Assembly: GCA_964035545.1 (NCBI GenBank)
Contig: OZ037765.1
Location: 27,465,504 to 27,529,503 of the forward strand
Length of the DNA stretch: 64,000 nucleotides
Direction: 5' to 3'
Source: Bugula neritina
Taxonomy: Eukaryota; Animalia; Bryozoa
In this document: in pieces, positions 35,501-50,500 of the stretch
How the letters are laid out: each line of letters opens with the position of its first letter
How positions within the stretch are numbered: the stretch's first letter is position 1
Program-made: the position numbers and the translations under genes
The notes under the pieces: generated by a model
The model's database searches: none
Told to the model about the DNA's origin: nothing
The model's input: only the letters and a program-made list of their open reading frames with translations

Positions 35501-38500
35501 CCTGAGAGATGTCGCAGAAACCAGCAATACTAATCTGACCATTTCTACTGAACTTCAGCCTGTAATTATAATATAGTCAGCTGACAGCAATACCAACACT
35601 GAAAGTCTACCCACATAGGGTACACCATATGAATAATAATTAGCAACTTATGCAACTACAACTCAATATACTTGGAGTGGAATAGATTCATTATAGTTTT
35701 ACTATATAGTCAGTACTAGCAGCAGTGACTGGTATATGACCTTGAAACTAACTCCTAACTGATTAAAGGCAACACGAGTTAGCAGGCTACACAAATGTGA
35801 AGCACTTGCTGGTAGGCTGACTAAAGCTACAAACTTATCTCTCAACTAAAGGCAGGTCGGGGAAGGCTGTCTGCTTAGTATAGGACTTTGTTTGATAAAG
35901 GAATGACTAAGTATGAGTGGCTCTATCTAGAGTTAGTGAGTGATACAGCAAGTGTTAGCTTTGTCTCGGTTTTGTAAACAAATACATTGACTGGGTATTA
36001 ACACTTTATACTACTAAACAATAGATTAGAAACTGCATATCAAATTACTTTACAATCAAAATTAATGTGGATGACATTGAAAGGCTCTCACATTTCCAGT
36101 GGGTACTTGAAATGTTTTGTCAACTGTAGTTATCAAATTTACTACACGGCAGGAAACAGGTTCAGATGTAAAAAATGTTTATAAATTGCCATCCATCCAT
36201 CATTCGGTGGCCTCAATAAAGGTTACTGGTGGCTGATTACGCCTTCTTTAAAGCATACGATTATATTATTAAGCTGTAACATAATTTATATATCAAAGAG
36301 AAGCTGAATTGAATGGTAGGGTGTGAATAGCAATATTTCATTGAAAAGATACAGCAGGGGATGTGGAAGGACTCAGTTATCACAAGTACCCAACATATAT
36401 TTACTATCAACTAAGTGCAACTAGCAGATGACAAATATGTTAATATATAGATCAATTTCCATGGTACAGCCAGTTTGTCGTGAGAAAGTAAGAGACTGGA
36501 GAGATGTTAATCAAATTAAATTCAATGGCTGAAGAGACAGCAAACAGAAGTAAATATGTACTACTTACATTCTAAATGCGTAGAACCTGCAGAATATGTT
36601 TGGTGTCTTTTTGATTCTCTGAGTGGTGGACAATTTACACTCCCTACACTTTGTGAGTTTGGGCGCCATCTCTATACACGATCCATCCTGCACGAAGGGC
36701 TGCAAGGTTTTCTTCAGAGTAGCAATATTCGTTCTGACCAGAGGCTTGCTGGCATACGGTACCGCTGAGAGAGAGAACAAACCAGCGTTTAGAATACAAA
36801 GTACAACTCAACAACATAGCAATAGATAAGCAATGTACCAGCCATACAGTATACTGCACACACCTTCCATCCGATCAGCTCTAAAAGCTATCTCTGCCAA
36901 CTGTTTAATACTGTTTTGCTCGTCATTGTAAGAACACTGCATTATACCGTCTCCTCCAGCTGCAGGCTTCACTGCACAACTGTTGAGGTTGTGAGCCGAT
37001 GAGCCCGACGAGCGAGATGTGTTCTCATGTTGGAGGCTGGAGGAGACTTCAGAGTTTTTTGTCTTCTTTGATTGACCGTTTGCCACTGGGTTTAGCGAGT
37101 CAGATTTCCTTTTCTTTGATTTATGTTTGTGAATCCCCTACAAGCAAGAGAAACTTACTTAGCCACCCCAGGCTTCCTCACACAACCTTATTACTATAAT
37201 ATAACACTGGGACAATGGCACTTAGACTCTAAAGGGTAACTAAAGGGTAACTAGATGTAAACTTGTAGAAATACTTTACATGTGCAGAGGACTGCAGATT
37301 CTTACCTGGTTTTCTGCTTCCGTCTCGGAGGCAGAAGTGGTGGTCTCACTGAGGTTTGACACGCTGCTGTTGTTGAGCAAAGGAGCCGACGCTGTCTGAG
37401 AAGTTGGCGACGAGGAGGAAGTAGGTGCTGTGACACCACATTCTGTGTGGCGCTGCAACCACTCTTTCTTCAACTTCATTTTAGGATGACACGGCTTTGC
37501 TTCTTGACTTTCAGTTTTGACACTGAGTGTGGGAGATGGGGCACTAAGAGTGTCACTGTCCGTATCCATCGTGCCATTGTTACTCTTCTCTGACTTCACT
37601 GCAGGGTTGGCTGCAACAGTTGGAGATCTTGGTGGGCTTGACTTCTTCTTCTGTTCCTCAAGCTCCATGTCCTTGTAGAACGCCTGCGTAACAGCAGTTT
37701 CCACGAATGACTTAAAGCTCTGAGGGTAGGTGGAGGTGTTGGCACTGCTGGTTGTTGAAGGTAATGACATTGATTGGCTACTCCTGGCAGGCAAACCTGG
37801 CTGAGATTTAACTGAGGTCTGCGGACTGTCTTTGCTATACCTGTCTCCTGCGACCAGGTGATTGCCGGCTTGCATGCTCATGGACACGAGGGCGGAGATA
37901 CTGCTGCTGGCATCGTTAGTAGGAGCAGTGCCAGGAACAGAGACACGAGGGTTGTACACCGGATTGGGTATGAGACCCTCTTGTATCAACTGATTGGAAT
38001 AAATAGCGTGAGAACCAGTTGGCTGGGAAGCTGTCCGCGGGGGAGTAGACCTCTGCGTGGGTTTACTTAAATCTTTGCCAGCCAGAGTTTGTATAGGAGG
38101 TTTGATATCTTTAGTTTCTATCTTCTCGTCCTCACAGAGTTGCCGCTGCAATTGATCTCTAGACACGTACTTATACGGGAATGACTGCGACTGATATCCG
38201 TACAGACTGTACTCTGTCAGTTCGGACTTGGGCGGCAATTGCGCCAAACCAGCTTTCATAAAATGTTCATCAACTAGTTTAGCTGGTGAAGAGGACTGTT
38301 GGCCTGAAGAGCCAGTCTGAATTGATCTCATTAACGTCTCATGAGGCCTCGACAGAGCTGCTTTCTGCTTTTCTTCAGAAATACTCATGTTTTGTGCGGA
38401 GAGAGCTGCGTGAAACTGCTGTTCCCTCTCCTTATCCTACAACAAAACATATAGCAATGCAATACCAGCAGACAGCACAGGTTCTCAGTATTGATCAGCT

Positions 38501-41500
38501 CTAGTCGCTCAAGTTGGGTGATATTTCAACACAGTTACGCAATACCCGAGAAACCCAGGCCAAAAGAAACTATGTTGATATCAAATTCAAGACAGCACAA
38601 ACCTAGAGGAGAATGACATTAGTGGTGAAAAAATCAATGCTCCCAAAAGGACGGACAGGAAAATCACAAACTAGCTCGAGGATAGTTAAGTTGATTTGCT
38701 TTACCTGGAAAATTAGGTATTGATTTCAACACAAACGTGATGTAAAAATATTAATTACTATGACTGTGGCCTACAGAGCTAACACAAACCTGGCGAGTAG
38801 ATTCTTTGTTTTTATTGCTTATAGACAAGTCTTGTGGCTGAACACTGCTATCTCCAGCCCCAATGAACTGTTTCTTAGTGGACCACATGTTCATCATCAG
38901 TGGGTTGGGAGAAGGGTTGACTGGTGGCGTTGTGGTGGTGTGAGGCATCTAAAAACAACAAAATGCACTAGAAATGTAGCCTTGCCATATCCGCACAGTA
39001 AGCTATATAGACCCATGCTAAATAGGTTTAGTAGTCTAAGATTATATACAAGTATCAAGATGGAGTTTGTTAACTTGATATCAGTTCATGACAACTAGTT
39101 CAACTACCTATTCAGCTGTGTGGTCTACTGTTCTATAAGGTAGAGTGGTACACCATTGTGAGTTCAGGATTCACTGACACGCGGCTTTTCAAGTGGCATT
39201 TGAGCCGCTGTGGTGGACAAAAGGGCTAGTGCCCCCCCCCCAAATATTTCAAACTGAAGTATGGGGAAGTGTGACCATGGGCCTTGTCTAGTTAAATTGC
39301 ATAAATATTTGGTAAAAGCAGCCAGACTATCTCTGGGGCAGTAATAGACTTCAGGTTTACAAGAAAACTTGAAGATTAGTTGGCAAAACTTACTCTTCGT
39401 AGACTCTCCGAGAAATGCTGATTGACAGCATCCTGGGCTAGTAAAGCAGATTCTTTCAAAATTCTCGCTCTTTCTTGCCGGTCATGCATTTGCTGCTTCT
39501 CCTTCTCTTTGTCTAGTCGCTCCTTTTCCGCTTTCTCTTTGGCAAGTTTCTGACGCTCTGCCCGATCAGCTCTACAGAACATTATAATGTGTCTCAAGAT
39601 TGCTAACTGTGAAGGAGACGTCAAACGTCCAACTCACAAGAACTACTTACCGTTCTTTCTGGTCCAGTCTCAGTTCATGCTCTCTTTGCAAGTCACTGAG
39701 AAGAGGTTTGTCGCCGCTGAACTGGGGCATCATCATCCACTGGGCAGCAGCAGCTGCAGGGTTTGTAGGAAGACAAGGCCTGGGTTGTCTGTCAAACATA
39801 CCACCTAAAGCTAGTTGCTGCTGTGCAGCCAATTGTTGCTGTTGCAATATACTGTACTGTTGCAGAGGGTTCAGCGTCTGAATGGCCTGCAACTGCCGAA
39901 TTTGCTCCATCATTTGGTACTGCTGCATGAGTTGCTGCATTTGCAGGTGATGAGCTACTTGAGGGTTAAGCATGGCAGCAGCAGGTAATGAAGCCGCTGC
40001 CGCAGCTGGTAGGGGAGGTGCTGACTGCTGAGCCAAGGCTGGCATAGCAGCTGATGCTGCCGGGATAGACCGAGAGGTCGGAGGTTGAGAACCTGACGGT
40101 GTGTGCGCCATCTTTCTCACCTCAGCATCCCTCTTCAGCAGCTCGGGGTCTCTGTAGGGTACCAAGGGCGGGTCTCCCACCAGAGGGCTCACAGAACTAC
40201 TGTTGTATTCTTGGCCAGGTTTTGCTTTCAAACTGTGGGGTGAAGAAATGCCAAGCTGTTTGACAAAGGAGTTTTCAGTTACTACGGAGGTAGGCGCTGA
40301 GCTGGTCTTAGGTGAAGGATTAGAACTAACAATCAGTGCTGCTGAGGGGTTTCGGAGACCATCTTTATCTTGGGGAGAGACTGTACTGTCGGTGGTGGTA
40401 GCACTGCTGTAACCAGAAGAGCAACCGTCAATACTGCTTTCGGAGAGCTTTTCAGCTTGGTTGTTAGTACCTATGTGGCCTAAATTTCGAAGTGGCGAAG
40501 ATTGATGTACTGTTGATGCCACGGGTGGCAGCAGTTTAGTATTGTCCCCACTGCCTCTGACTATAACACCAGTTGTGCTACTTGTAGACGCACTGTTGAT
40601 GTCAGACTCACTTAGTCCTTCTATGTTAGAGAATGGTTGTTTAGATTTTGATTCTGAGACAGCACTTAATATTCGCTGCTTCTTTATATGCATGTCAGGT
40701 AAGCTATCCTGTTCGGAGCTAACTGACTGCGTGTCCAGTGGCACATCAATTACATCTTTTGAGCGTGCTGCTGATAAACTAGATAAAACTTTGCTTTGAG
40801 AGGACGAAGATACGTTAGTCAGATGATTAGATGTTTTTCTGGACTTTCTACTGCCAATTTCAGCTCCCAATGATGTAGGCTTGTCACTTTTACCCAACCT
40901 TTTCAGCCTTCTCTCTGGCCTGGGTGTGTGTCTGATGACAGAAGTTGGAGCAGTGGTAACTGCAGCTGAAAAAGAATTAAAGAAGTGTTAATCCTAAGCC
41001 AGCAAATAGTCTTTATGTAATCAACCCATGGCAACTAATGTCGTAATTTGTTCTACTCCGTAAGGATTACTTAGGAAAAGGTCAGGCCACGTTTCTTTAA
41101 TGCTTGCATCAGTGGATATTGTGATAAATGAACCATCTAGTCTACGGAGCCTAACTGCATACCATATGAACATAAGTAAGCAATGCCAAATACTAAACCA
41201 GTCAATCAATCATCCAGTTTTTTGCTGAAACCACACAACCAGAAAGGTGATGAGGAAAACAACAACACACCATTTGAAATGACAGTCAAAGTGCAACAAA
41301 AAGCCAACAAAAGATTGCAATCACACAGCTTTGGTAGTACACTTGGCTAACTCAGTACGTAACACTAACATCCGCTTAAACTGCTCCCATTGCAAAAATA
41401 TGCTAAATAATTCGATCGAAATAGCTATAAATAAACACAAAGTAGTAAGGCATTACCTGATGAATCCAAGTTACTCAGTTCCTTCTTGGACAAAGATGGC

Positions 41501-44500
41501 TGTTTGTTGGTTGCACTATCCTGACTATAAGAACCGCTGCCAGCTTTCTTTGTATGAGTTTTATTGGCAGAAACAGACGTAACAGACTTGACTAATTCCC
41601 CTCGGGATGCTGTAGGTGTAGTTAGCGAGTTGATTGGTTTGGAAGTTTTGATTGCTTGATTGGAAGTAGAACTAGCTTGGGTACTCTGCTGCAATAAAAC
41701 ATGCTGAAATCAATAATGAGGCTTATCACGGTACAACCTTGCATTATTACAGTTCAAGAGTTAGTCAAGTGTTGGCTGTAGCCGTGTGGCTTGAGATTTA
41801 AATAAAGTACCTTCGATAAGATTACTAACTGGCTTACATATACCTCTAATTCTAATAGAACGATCAATCATTAATTCGACAGTGTTTGCCAGGTTGTTAT
41901 CGTGGCTGCTTTTGCTTCAACATGAATTTGTTAAGCTGTCTAAACAATTCCAATAGGAAAACCAATTCAAATTAAGTTATTACATTTTATCAACTTGGCA
42001 TAGTGATTGTGCCATATAAAGTTCAACAATGCCCTTACGATTAAAAGCATTATATAATCCCCATGCTAGGTATAACTTGATATGCGAAACTAAACAAAGA
42101 GTCTTTTCAGAGTAAACTACTATTCTTCCATATTCCATAAAATTATCGACGAACACTGAGCAAACACCAAGCCCAATAAACACACCATTAGCAATAGTAT
42201 TGAAACATTCAAAATAAATAAAAAAGAGAAGTAATGTGGTTGATCAATGAACAGGCAAATAGTCCATATTGTACTGTAAGATCTATAAGTTGACCTAGTT
42301 AGTGTTAGACTACAGACCTGCTTGGGAAAGAAAGACTGGTCAATTCAAATCACTCACTCACCAGCTCCTGGTGTAGTCTGTCCGTATAATAAAATATCTT
42401 ATCAGAATTGGATAGGAACAGCTGCTCTCAACTGCCCTAATCTAATCTCCCTAAACTGGTTGCACACGTTGCTATTCCAAGACTCAGCCGTCGCAGTGTA
42501 ATGATTAAGACTACTTTGTTGTACCTGATAGATGGATGCATGACTGTTATCAATCAGCAGAATACCCAGTGCGCTAATCACAAGCATACACGCCTGACTG
42601 CCCGCTTTTCCTACAGTTTTTATATTGTAACATAATCAACACTTTGGCAGGCAATCATTAGGTTGAGCGATTCACCCACATATTTCAAATGATGACATTC
42701 TATTGGGCAATTCTGAACTGGGTTATCATCAAACCAACCAGCATCAATCATAACATTAGTAACGTGCCCGTAGTTCGGCACTCAGTCTGATAAATTACTA
42801 GCAAGCCTTTGTGTTCAACATGTGTATAACAATTATTCCATTAATAGGCCGGGCGAATTTCGGAGCGCTAGGATGTATAACCATATCTGCAACGTGTATA
42901 AACTAACAAAGACTGTTGATTACCACTGCTTCCGTGAACAGAATTTGAAATTCCAAACTGCAACAACCAGTTATGGATTATACTTAGTCAGTCAGAAATT
43001 GGTTTAAAGCATTTGAATGCCAACATGGCCATAAGCATGGTACAGGTATAAACCAACTTCCATGCATGTATGTAACTGATAATATTAAAAATTAAAGTTT
43101 TAATTTTCAAAATTAATAAAATTGCTTCATTTGGTGGTAACCTAAAGAACTCAAGTCCCCAACATACTTACCTGAACAGCTACCTAACTGGTACAGGGAA
43201 TCCTTGCCAACTTGACAATCTTGAATAGAAGATAAGTGCCTGCTTATTGAACCAGATTAAAATTCTAATAGCATGAATTTCCAGAGTGTTCTACTACTTC
43301 ACGTTGCTATTCACCACTAAGCATAATGCGAGTGTAACTTAATAGTTTAATTGAATGCCAGCGAAGTCTCAATAGCCACTCCTACAAACCTGCTACATCG
43401 CGAATAGCTCAAACAATGGAACTAGGTCACGTTGACCTAGTTAAATAGGCCAAGCGAATGGTGGCAGGTGAACGAGGCAAACGCAAAAATCTATAAACTC
43501 ATCCTACTTGCACAATTCAAATTGCCATCAAGTAAATTGATTACTGTACTTGATAGCTGTACACAAATAGTAAGCCTAAGCCTTACGAACTTTTCAGTTC
43601 AGCTACAACACGTAGCAAGCAGGTCGATATCTTTCAATACATTAAAGAATGCTAATATTGATTGATGAAGGAAGAAACACTCTTAGTATTTGCAATGCAA
43701 TTATTTTTGTATTGCTTTACATTAAATATATTTAGCTACTAATCAATTGCTCAACGCTTACATGCTTGGCTCATTATATGTGTACATTACTAATAACCTA
43801 CTGTATGTGTAATACATCTCAACTTAACTAGGGCTGCTGATTCACTGATTCCATAGAGCCTTTCCTTAGATTCTATCAGTATCATATAATATACAAGTAG
43901 TCGAGGGAGTGCATAACATAATATTATGTCTATAATCAAGGGTGGCTAATAACCAACCTTTCAAAAAATAAATTCATATATTTTATTCAATAGCAACTAT
44001 TTTTAAGTGCTTAAAAATGTTATTACCAAACATTAACTAACCACGGAGGTTTTGCAACTGGTAACTGCAATTTTTTCAAGCTAGGCTAGGGATTAATTTA
44101 ATAATAATAAGATGAGCATTTGTAGCTGCTACATCATGCTTGCTATTATTACAGAGGTTGGTAACTCCAGTGGCCGACATAAGTATGATTTATTACCAAG
44201 TTTAAAACCTGCGGAGTCTACAGAGAATAATGACAAATCTTCAAACTCACCCCGGCAGGTTCTTTGCCGTTTCCTTGCTCCTTTGCTCGCCTTCTTGGCA
44301 CTATTCTAGACTCTGTGCCTTTTAGTATTGTCTCAACAACTGTAAGAATATATATCAATATTCACAATAATATTCACTAGGAGTGAAACAAACGGCTCAA
44401 ACTGTATCAGCTATGGGTGGTTGCAGAGCTAATAGTATGCCTTTTTATGCCTTCTTCAGTGCTCTTGTGTATAACGTTTGCAAAGACAGCTAATCAGTGG

Positions 44501-47500
44501 CACCTAATCAGAATAGCTGGGTCAGAGAGCAAAAGCCTAGTGCCAACGTTGTAAAGGTCTATTATCATTCTAACAAACACGCCACTGGTGCTATTATTTT
44601 CCTTATAAACTAACACTGAGATGACATTCACATTCAAGTTTATATGCTCAAACCAGTTGAATGCTTCATTTGTTTGCTTTGTGAAGGAACAATGAAGAAA
44701 TTCCCTTTCTGCTATTGACAAAACTATTTTAATATTAAACCGAGGCCACTTGGTGTTCACTGCTGTTTCATACAATGTACAACAACAGAGGCTGTTGGTT
44801 TCATTTTTTTATAACATAATTCTTTTCAAAAGGGGCAGTTATTTGCTCTAGTGCATGTGAATAAAGCAAGTAATTGATGTTTACATGCCGTTCATCCACA
44901 TGCAAATGAAGAGGTCAGGCTGAAGTAGGCCAGAGGCATATGGTGATGATTTCATCAATTCAGTTCAATAGAACTTATACAAGTAGTAGTATTATATTAC
45001 AGAGCAATAAGTAGTTTTACATTCAAAGGTCTGTTACATCAACACTGTGTAAGAATGTCACAACAGTTACACTGACAAACTAGTTACTGTCAATAGCTAT
45101 TCACTGGCACCTAACCATAAATTCCATAGTAGCCCAAAATTTCCATCTACTAACAGTAAATACTAGTGTACAATAGCAGCCCCTCACGCTTTTCATCTAA
45201 CTTTTGATGCATATAAACATGTACTATATCTATATTTACTTTGTCGTCAATAGAGGTTGTTAAAGCACTTGGGGCTAAGAAGCTGTACTACATTATCTAA
45301 AAACTAACACTGGTTTAGTGTCTTTTTACCTTTGGGACTGTAAAATTATTATAAAAATATACTTGAATTATAGTATATATGCTACCGCCCAAAACAATCG
45401 AAAATTAATTATAATATGAGAGGCAATAACGGAAGTCTTGCAAATGCTTCCAGAAATCAAGGAGTTTGCTCCCCTAAGTTAAAAAAACTTCACCATATGC
45501 ATTAAAATTACTTTTATTTGGTAAAGTTACTATTGCACCTAGTGCCCGCGATGCAAAACCTGCTGGCATATAATATATATATAAGGCACAGCGCTTCCAG
45601 GGCTGTAATAATAATGATTATATTTTGTGTAATACATGTAATAATAATCCAGTAAAGCTATAATATTATCTCTATAAATATAATATTCTACATACCTTAA
45701 AGGACTGGTATTGTGTATATTATGTAACAAACCAGCTGGTACTATACTACACCTATCTTGTAATTTGTTTCTAAAACAGCTGCTGTGTGATTACTAACCA
45801 GTTACTATATATTAGTAGTTAATATTTTACTAGAGTAGCTACCATTTAAACAGCTACACTGGAGTGAGTACGCAATAGCAGGTTGTAAGCACTGTGAAGT
45901 TGGCTGTAAGTTGCATAACTGATATCAACTTCTAAATATTTATCAAGCTTCTTTCCATCTCATTGACATTACAAGTAGATAAAACAGTATCGCAATTATA
46001 TACTCTAGTTGGTATTCAAAAGCACCAGCGCAACAAGGAGCACAAATATCACCAATCAAAAGGTAGTCAAATGATGGAATCCATGTTTATTATGTAATTT
46101 GACCTTAACCTGGCTAGCAGCAGCTTGAGCAACTCGGAACTTGATGAGATAAAAAAATACCCATTAGTTCTCACTTCCAGTTATCAACGCCTGCTGTATG
46201 CATACTACTGACGTGCTTGTTTGCATACGCTCAGGTGAAAACCTGCCTCAAGATAACAGGATAAGGGTTTGATTTACCAACAATTCAAAAAGAAAGTGAT
46301 TCAAGTTAGAAATTTCCTGCCATCGCGAATTTTCAAAGAGATTAGACCTATGTTTGTGTAGGGTGGTTCCCAAAAGGAATCTGAAGTATATCCTGGTAAA
46401 CAGTTACCAAGTAGCTGTAAGGAAATACAGCACAGTTGGCTGGGTGCTAACTCACCTCCGTCAAGTGGGATAATCTGGGTAAGTTCTGCACTTTCACAGT
46501 GCTCCTCCAAAACTGTATCATCCAGTAAGCTCAGCTCCTGCCAAAAATAACAAGCAAGTAGGCAACTTGGTTTGATTAGGAGGCATGATGTAAGCTTTAT
46601 ATGTTGACCAGCCTTTACTGATATGCCAGCTGTCAGGAATGTGGCAAAGTTCACTCATGTTTGATGGTGTTGCCCAAAGTTCAACATAAGAATAATCACA
46701 CAAGTTATGGCAATCGAAGCGCGGCTCAGGGCATACCCGCTGTAACTACACCTCAACTTTAATTTTGCTAGCCTTATCCTAATGCGAAAAACCAAACCAG
46801 CCATCAACAGTACACAATGAACATAAGTAGGCCACCTGGTCGCCTTTATGTTTTGCGGGAGTAATTCTTAGCATACATAGGTCTGATTTTGATGAATTAG
46901 CCATCAATACCACAATAATCACCAGACTCAAAAACTTGAATAAATTAAATCCATAAAAGCGCTTGGGATTGTAACAATGCTCGGGAATTGGTTGGTCGGT
47001 GCCACGGGCTAATACCGGTAGAAGAATAAAATTACCTGCATGAACAAAATATCTAGCAGGAATTCCAACACGATGACGACAACTAGCAAATTATTTGATT
47101 ATTGATAAATCTATAAGTTTTGGCAAATCCCTTGACTTGGAACTGAGACTTAACTAAGTCTACTTTTACTTCTAGAGAAAACCACAACTACCGACTCTAA
47201 GCAGGATTACTAATATTAGTCAATACTGTTAGCGTTCCACGCGATGGAAATTTTGCTTATCATTGCTTCACTTTTGGTGGATATTGAAACTTGGAATCTA
47301 ATTTTACAAGTACATTTAGGTGGTCATTTAGATTTAGAACTTTAACCGGACTCGATGCACTCTCACTCACTAGGATACGTAACTACCCGACGGCATTCGT
47401 CTAACGTTATGATTTATATTATTATTAAACTTATATTTAGCTGTTTACAACATACCCCCAACTTGCTCCGGGTGTCCTTTAATAACTAGTGTACTAGCAC

Positions 47501-50500
47501 CGCTACTTACTTGATACTTATCCACTAGGCCCAGCGGAATGCGTACAGTTTATTATTACAATAATGAATAATTATAATGGTCTAACAATAGTTGTAGAAA
47601 TTCGAATACGCTATTCCAAATCAACATGTGCGGATTAAAAGTTATAATTATAATACATTTTATACCCGGCATACTTAAATTAAAATTATATATTAATATT
47701 GATATAACTGTAAGTATAACTTTCACTCTTTGGTAGGTAGCAACAGCCTAGGCTAATACTAATAGTAATCAAACTCGCACATAAGGTATTACCTATTGAG
47801 TTTTACCTTCTACCGTTACTAACAAAGCTCCAACAAAGTCAGAAAACCTGAGTGGTTATCCAAATATCAATTGGGCGTGTGCAACATATGTACTGTCTAG
47901 CTCTAGTCTAATAATTTGCGCTTACTAACCTTGCTTCAACACGCTCCGACAAAACAATACAATCAGCTAACCAATAATGCTGGTAAACCGAACTATTGAC
48001 CTTTGTTCCTCGCTAACGGCAACGATTGGACGGTTCAGTAAGCAGGCTACTAGCTAGAAGATGTTATTACAGGCTCATTCCTAGGGTACGCCTGCATGTC
48101 AAAACATTTGAACCACAACCTAATTAGACGCGCATTACACAAGTAACAGCTGTCAAAGGCGATACTAGCTGGTGAGGTGGCGTATTCAGTATTTAACCTT
48201 CATTCGCTAATAGAATAGCACCCGGGCTACTGGATTACTCTAACCCGCGTGTTAGTTCTTCAACTAGGAAAAAAGTTAGAATTTGTGTACTTCTTAAATG
48301 GCTTGGTAACCGTACTGAATAATACACCACAACTGGGCTCCAGGAGTCTGGAAACTTGACAGTTCTATTTAGCACCCTGCGTCTGACCTATTATTAATGA
48401 TTAGCTAGCATTTCAAAGACTCTGAAAAGACCCCATGTCACGATATGCCAGTCTGAAAACAATTAAATATCAATAACCTCCCTAACACGAAGTCCCATTG
48501 CTTCTATAACATTTCACTATGATCATTGCCCTGAACTATTAGCTAACACCAATACTAACTGCAACTCTAAAAATAGTGCTCCAGTTCCCAGTGGGTTGAA
48601 GGAATAAAGCAGTGACGTAAATAAAAGCTGATATTTTCTGATGACTTACTGAATTGAATCATAAACTGGACGCATTTAATTAAGCCATGTACTACTTACT
48701 CTATGTAATTACATCAGTTCTGTTTGTTGGATGTATAGCCAGAGCTAGCACCTACTTACAACCCACATAACTATTAGACACATTACAAAGTCTGTGTGCA
48801 CTTAGTAAGTTTATATCCTGTGGTAACTTCCCTTCTACAACCCAGTAACCATATTTAGTGATTTCTCTATTTTATTATCTAGTGTAGCTCAAATTACTCT
48901 TCAAAGATCCTACCAGATGACGAATTTCTTTTGATGAGAGTAAACAATAACTAGATTACTAGTATCATGACAGAAGGTGAAGGACAATGAGTGAGTTAGT
49001 ATTCTCATTGCCGAAGTACTGAATTACAATCGTGTTCATCACAATAGCCAAACAAAATATAATTACGAGCATTGTGTACAATTAGTCAGCTATTTAATTT
49101 ATGCATTCATCAACTAGCTTGTGCTGCGGAACGTACCAGTATGATATTATTATTAGTAAAGGGTAGACCCTCACTCTTCATTGAACAATTGAAACTTTGC
49201 CAAATTTATGGTAAATAAGATAGTTCCCTTCTACTGATACTCTACTACTAGCTCTTACTAATACTGATAAGAGTAACCCGATTTGCATAGTTGGATAAAA
49301 TGTCAAACAAATCATCAAGCCACTCAGTGACTGTACTCCATCAGCTGCTTATAGGACTTAAAAAGTCCGAAAATGAACACTTTCCGAGAATATCTTACGG
49401 AAGAACAGAAAACAAGCAATCAATAAATATGAGTGATGCCTTTCCACAAATCACGGTAGCTAACTTCATCAAGTTGCTTTAAATTGGCATGAGATAATGC
49501 TTAATGGAGGCACGTGATTCTATACTAGCTATTAGTCACCCTATTCGCCAAAGGAGGCTCAGCTTTTACAAAGCTGTGTCAAGAAGTTGAAGGCAATAAA
49601 TCATACCTCATCTAACATAGCTTTCAACCTGAATTAATTAGCATATCCAGCATTCTTCTAGCAACATGCACATTTACCTAGAGGCAGTTCTGTTGAATGA
49701 AAAGTAGCACTACTAGCTACACCTTACAGCATATAGAAGTTGAGGACATACCTTAGTAGAGTCGTTGTACTGTTGTATGACTGCAGTAAACCACTGAGTT
49801 GTGCCCTCAGTTCTGTATACTTTGACTCTGAAACCTACAAGTACAGTGGGAGTGCTCACCAAGATCCTCTGTCCGTCCTGGTATTCAGTCCACCGAGTAG
49901 CTGCTTCCCTACACTGTTGATCTAATGCTCTGTTTCCATCCTACCAAAACAGCCACTATATAGCAATTCAAAGTCACGTGTATTAAAGAATGTTACTCCA
50001 TTATTTCTAGAAATGCTGGTTTTGAAGGTCACCGATGATGTATTGAAATGTGATGTCAACTTTTCCCTGAACAACGTAAACGCCTAACTTTTGAACCAGT
50101 GCAATACAACTTTAATTGGAAATTAATTGACCGAGGAGCGACTAAAATTTTCCATTAGCCGACAACTCCAAAAAATGTTTAAGATTTGTTGCCATATGTG
50201 ATTGCTGCTAAAATATTTACAGCAGTAAACCAAATAAACTACTATTCAGCATTACAGCAATGATATATGGAAATAAATTTACTTGGACTAAATTACACTC
50301 AACAGATTATTATTAGGAAAACAGTGTTAAACATTCAGTCAATACTTTATTGACACTAAACATACTTGACTAGCATACTTGATCTTAGGAATAAGGTAGC
50401 CAGGTATGAATTGTTAGTATAAGATAATGCAAGGTTTTCACAGCATTGTAAGATAAGTAATGGCTTTATCTTCAAGTTTCATGTTCCAAGTACGCCTTGA

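Noticed and set aside
34520-40799. Plus-strand ORFs antisense to KDM3 exons (e.g. 34520-35023, 35115-35576, 40542-40799)
   Set aside because: These are shadow ORFs of GC-richer coding exons with no recognisable domains or independent exon structure.
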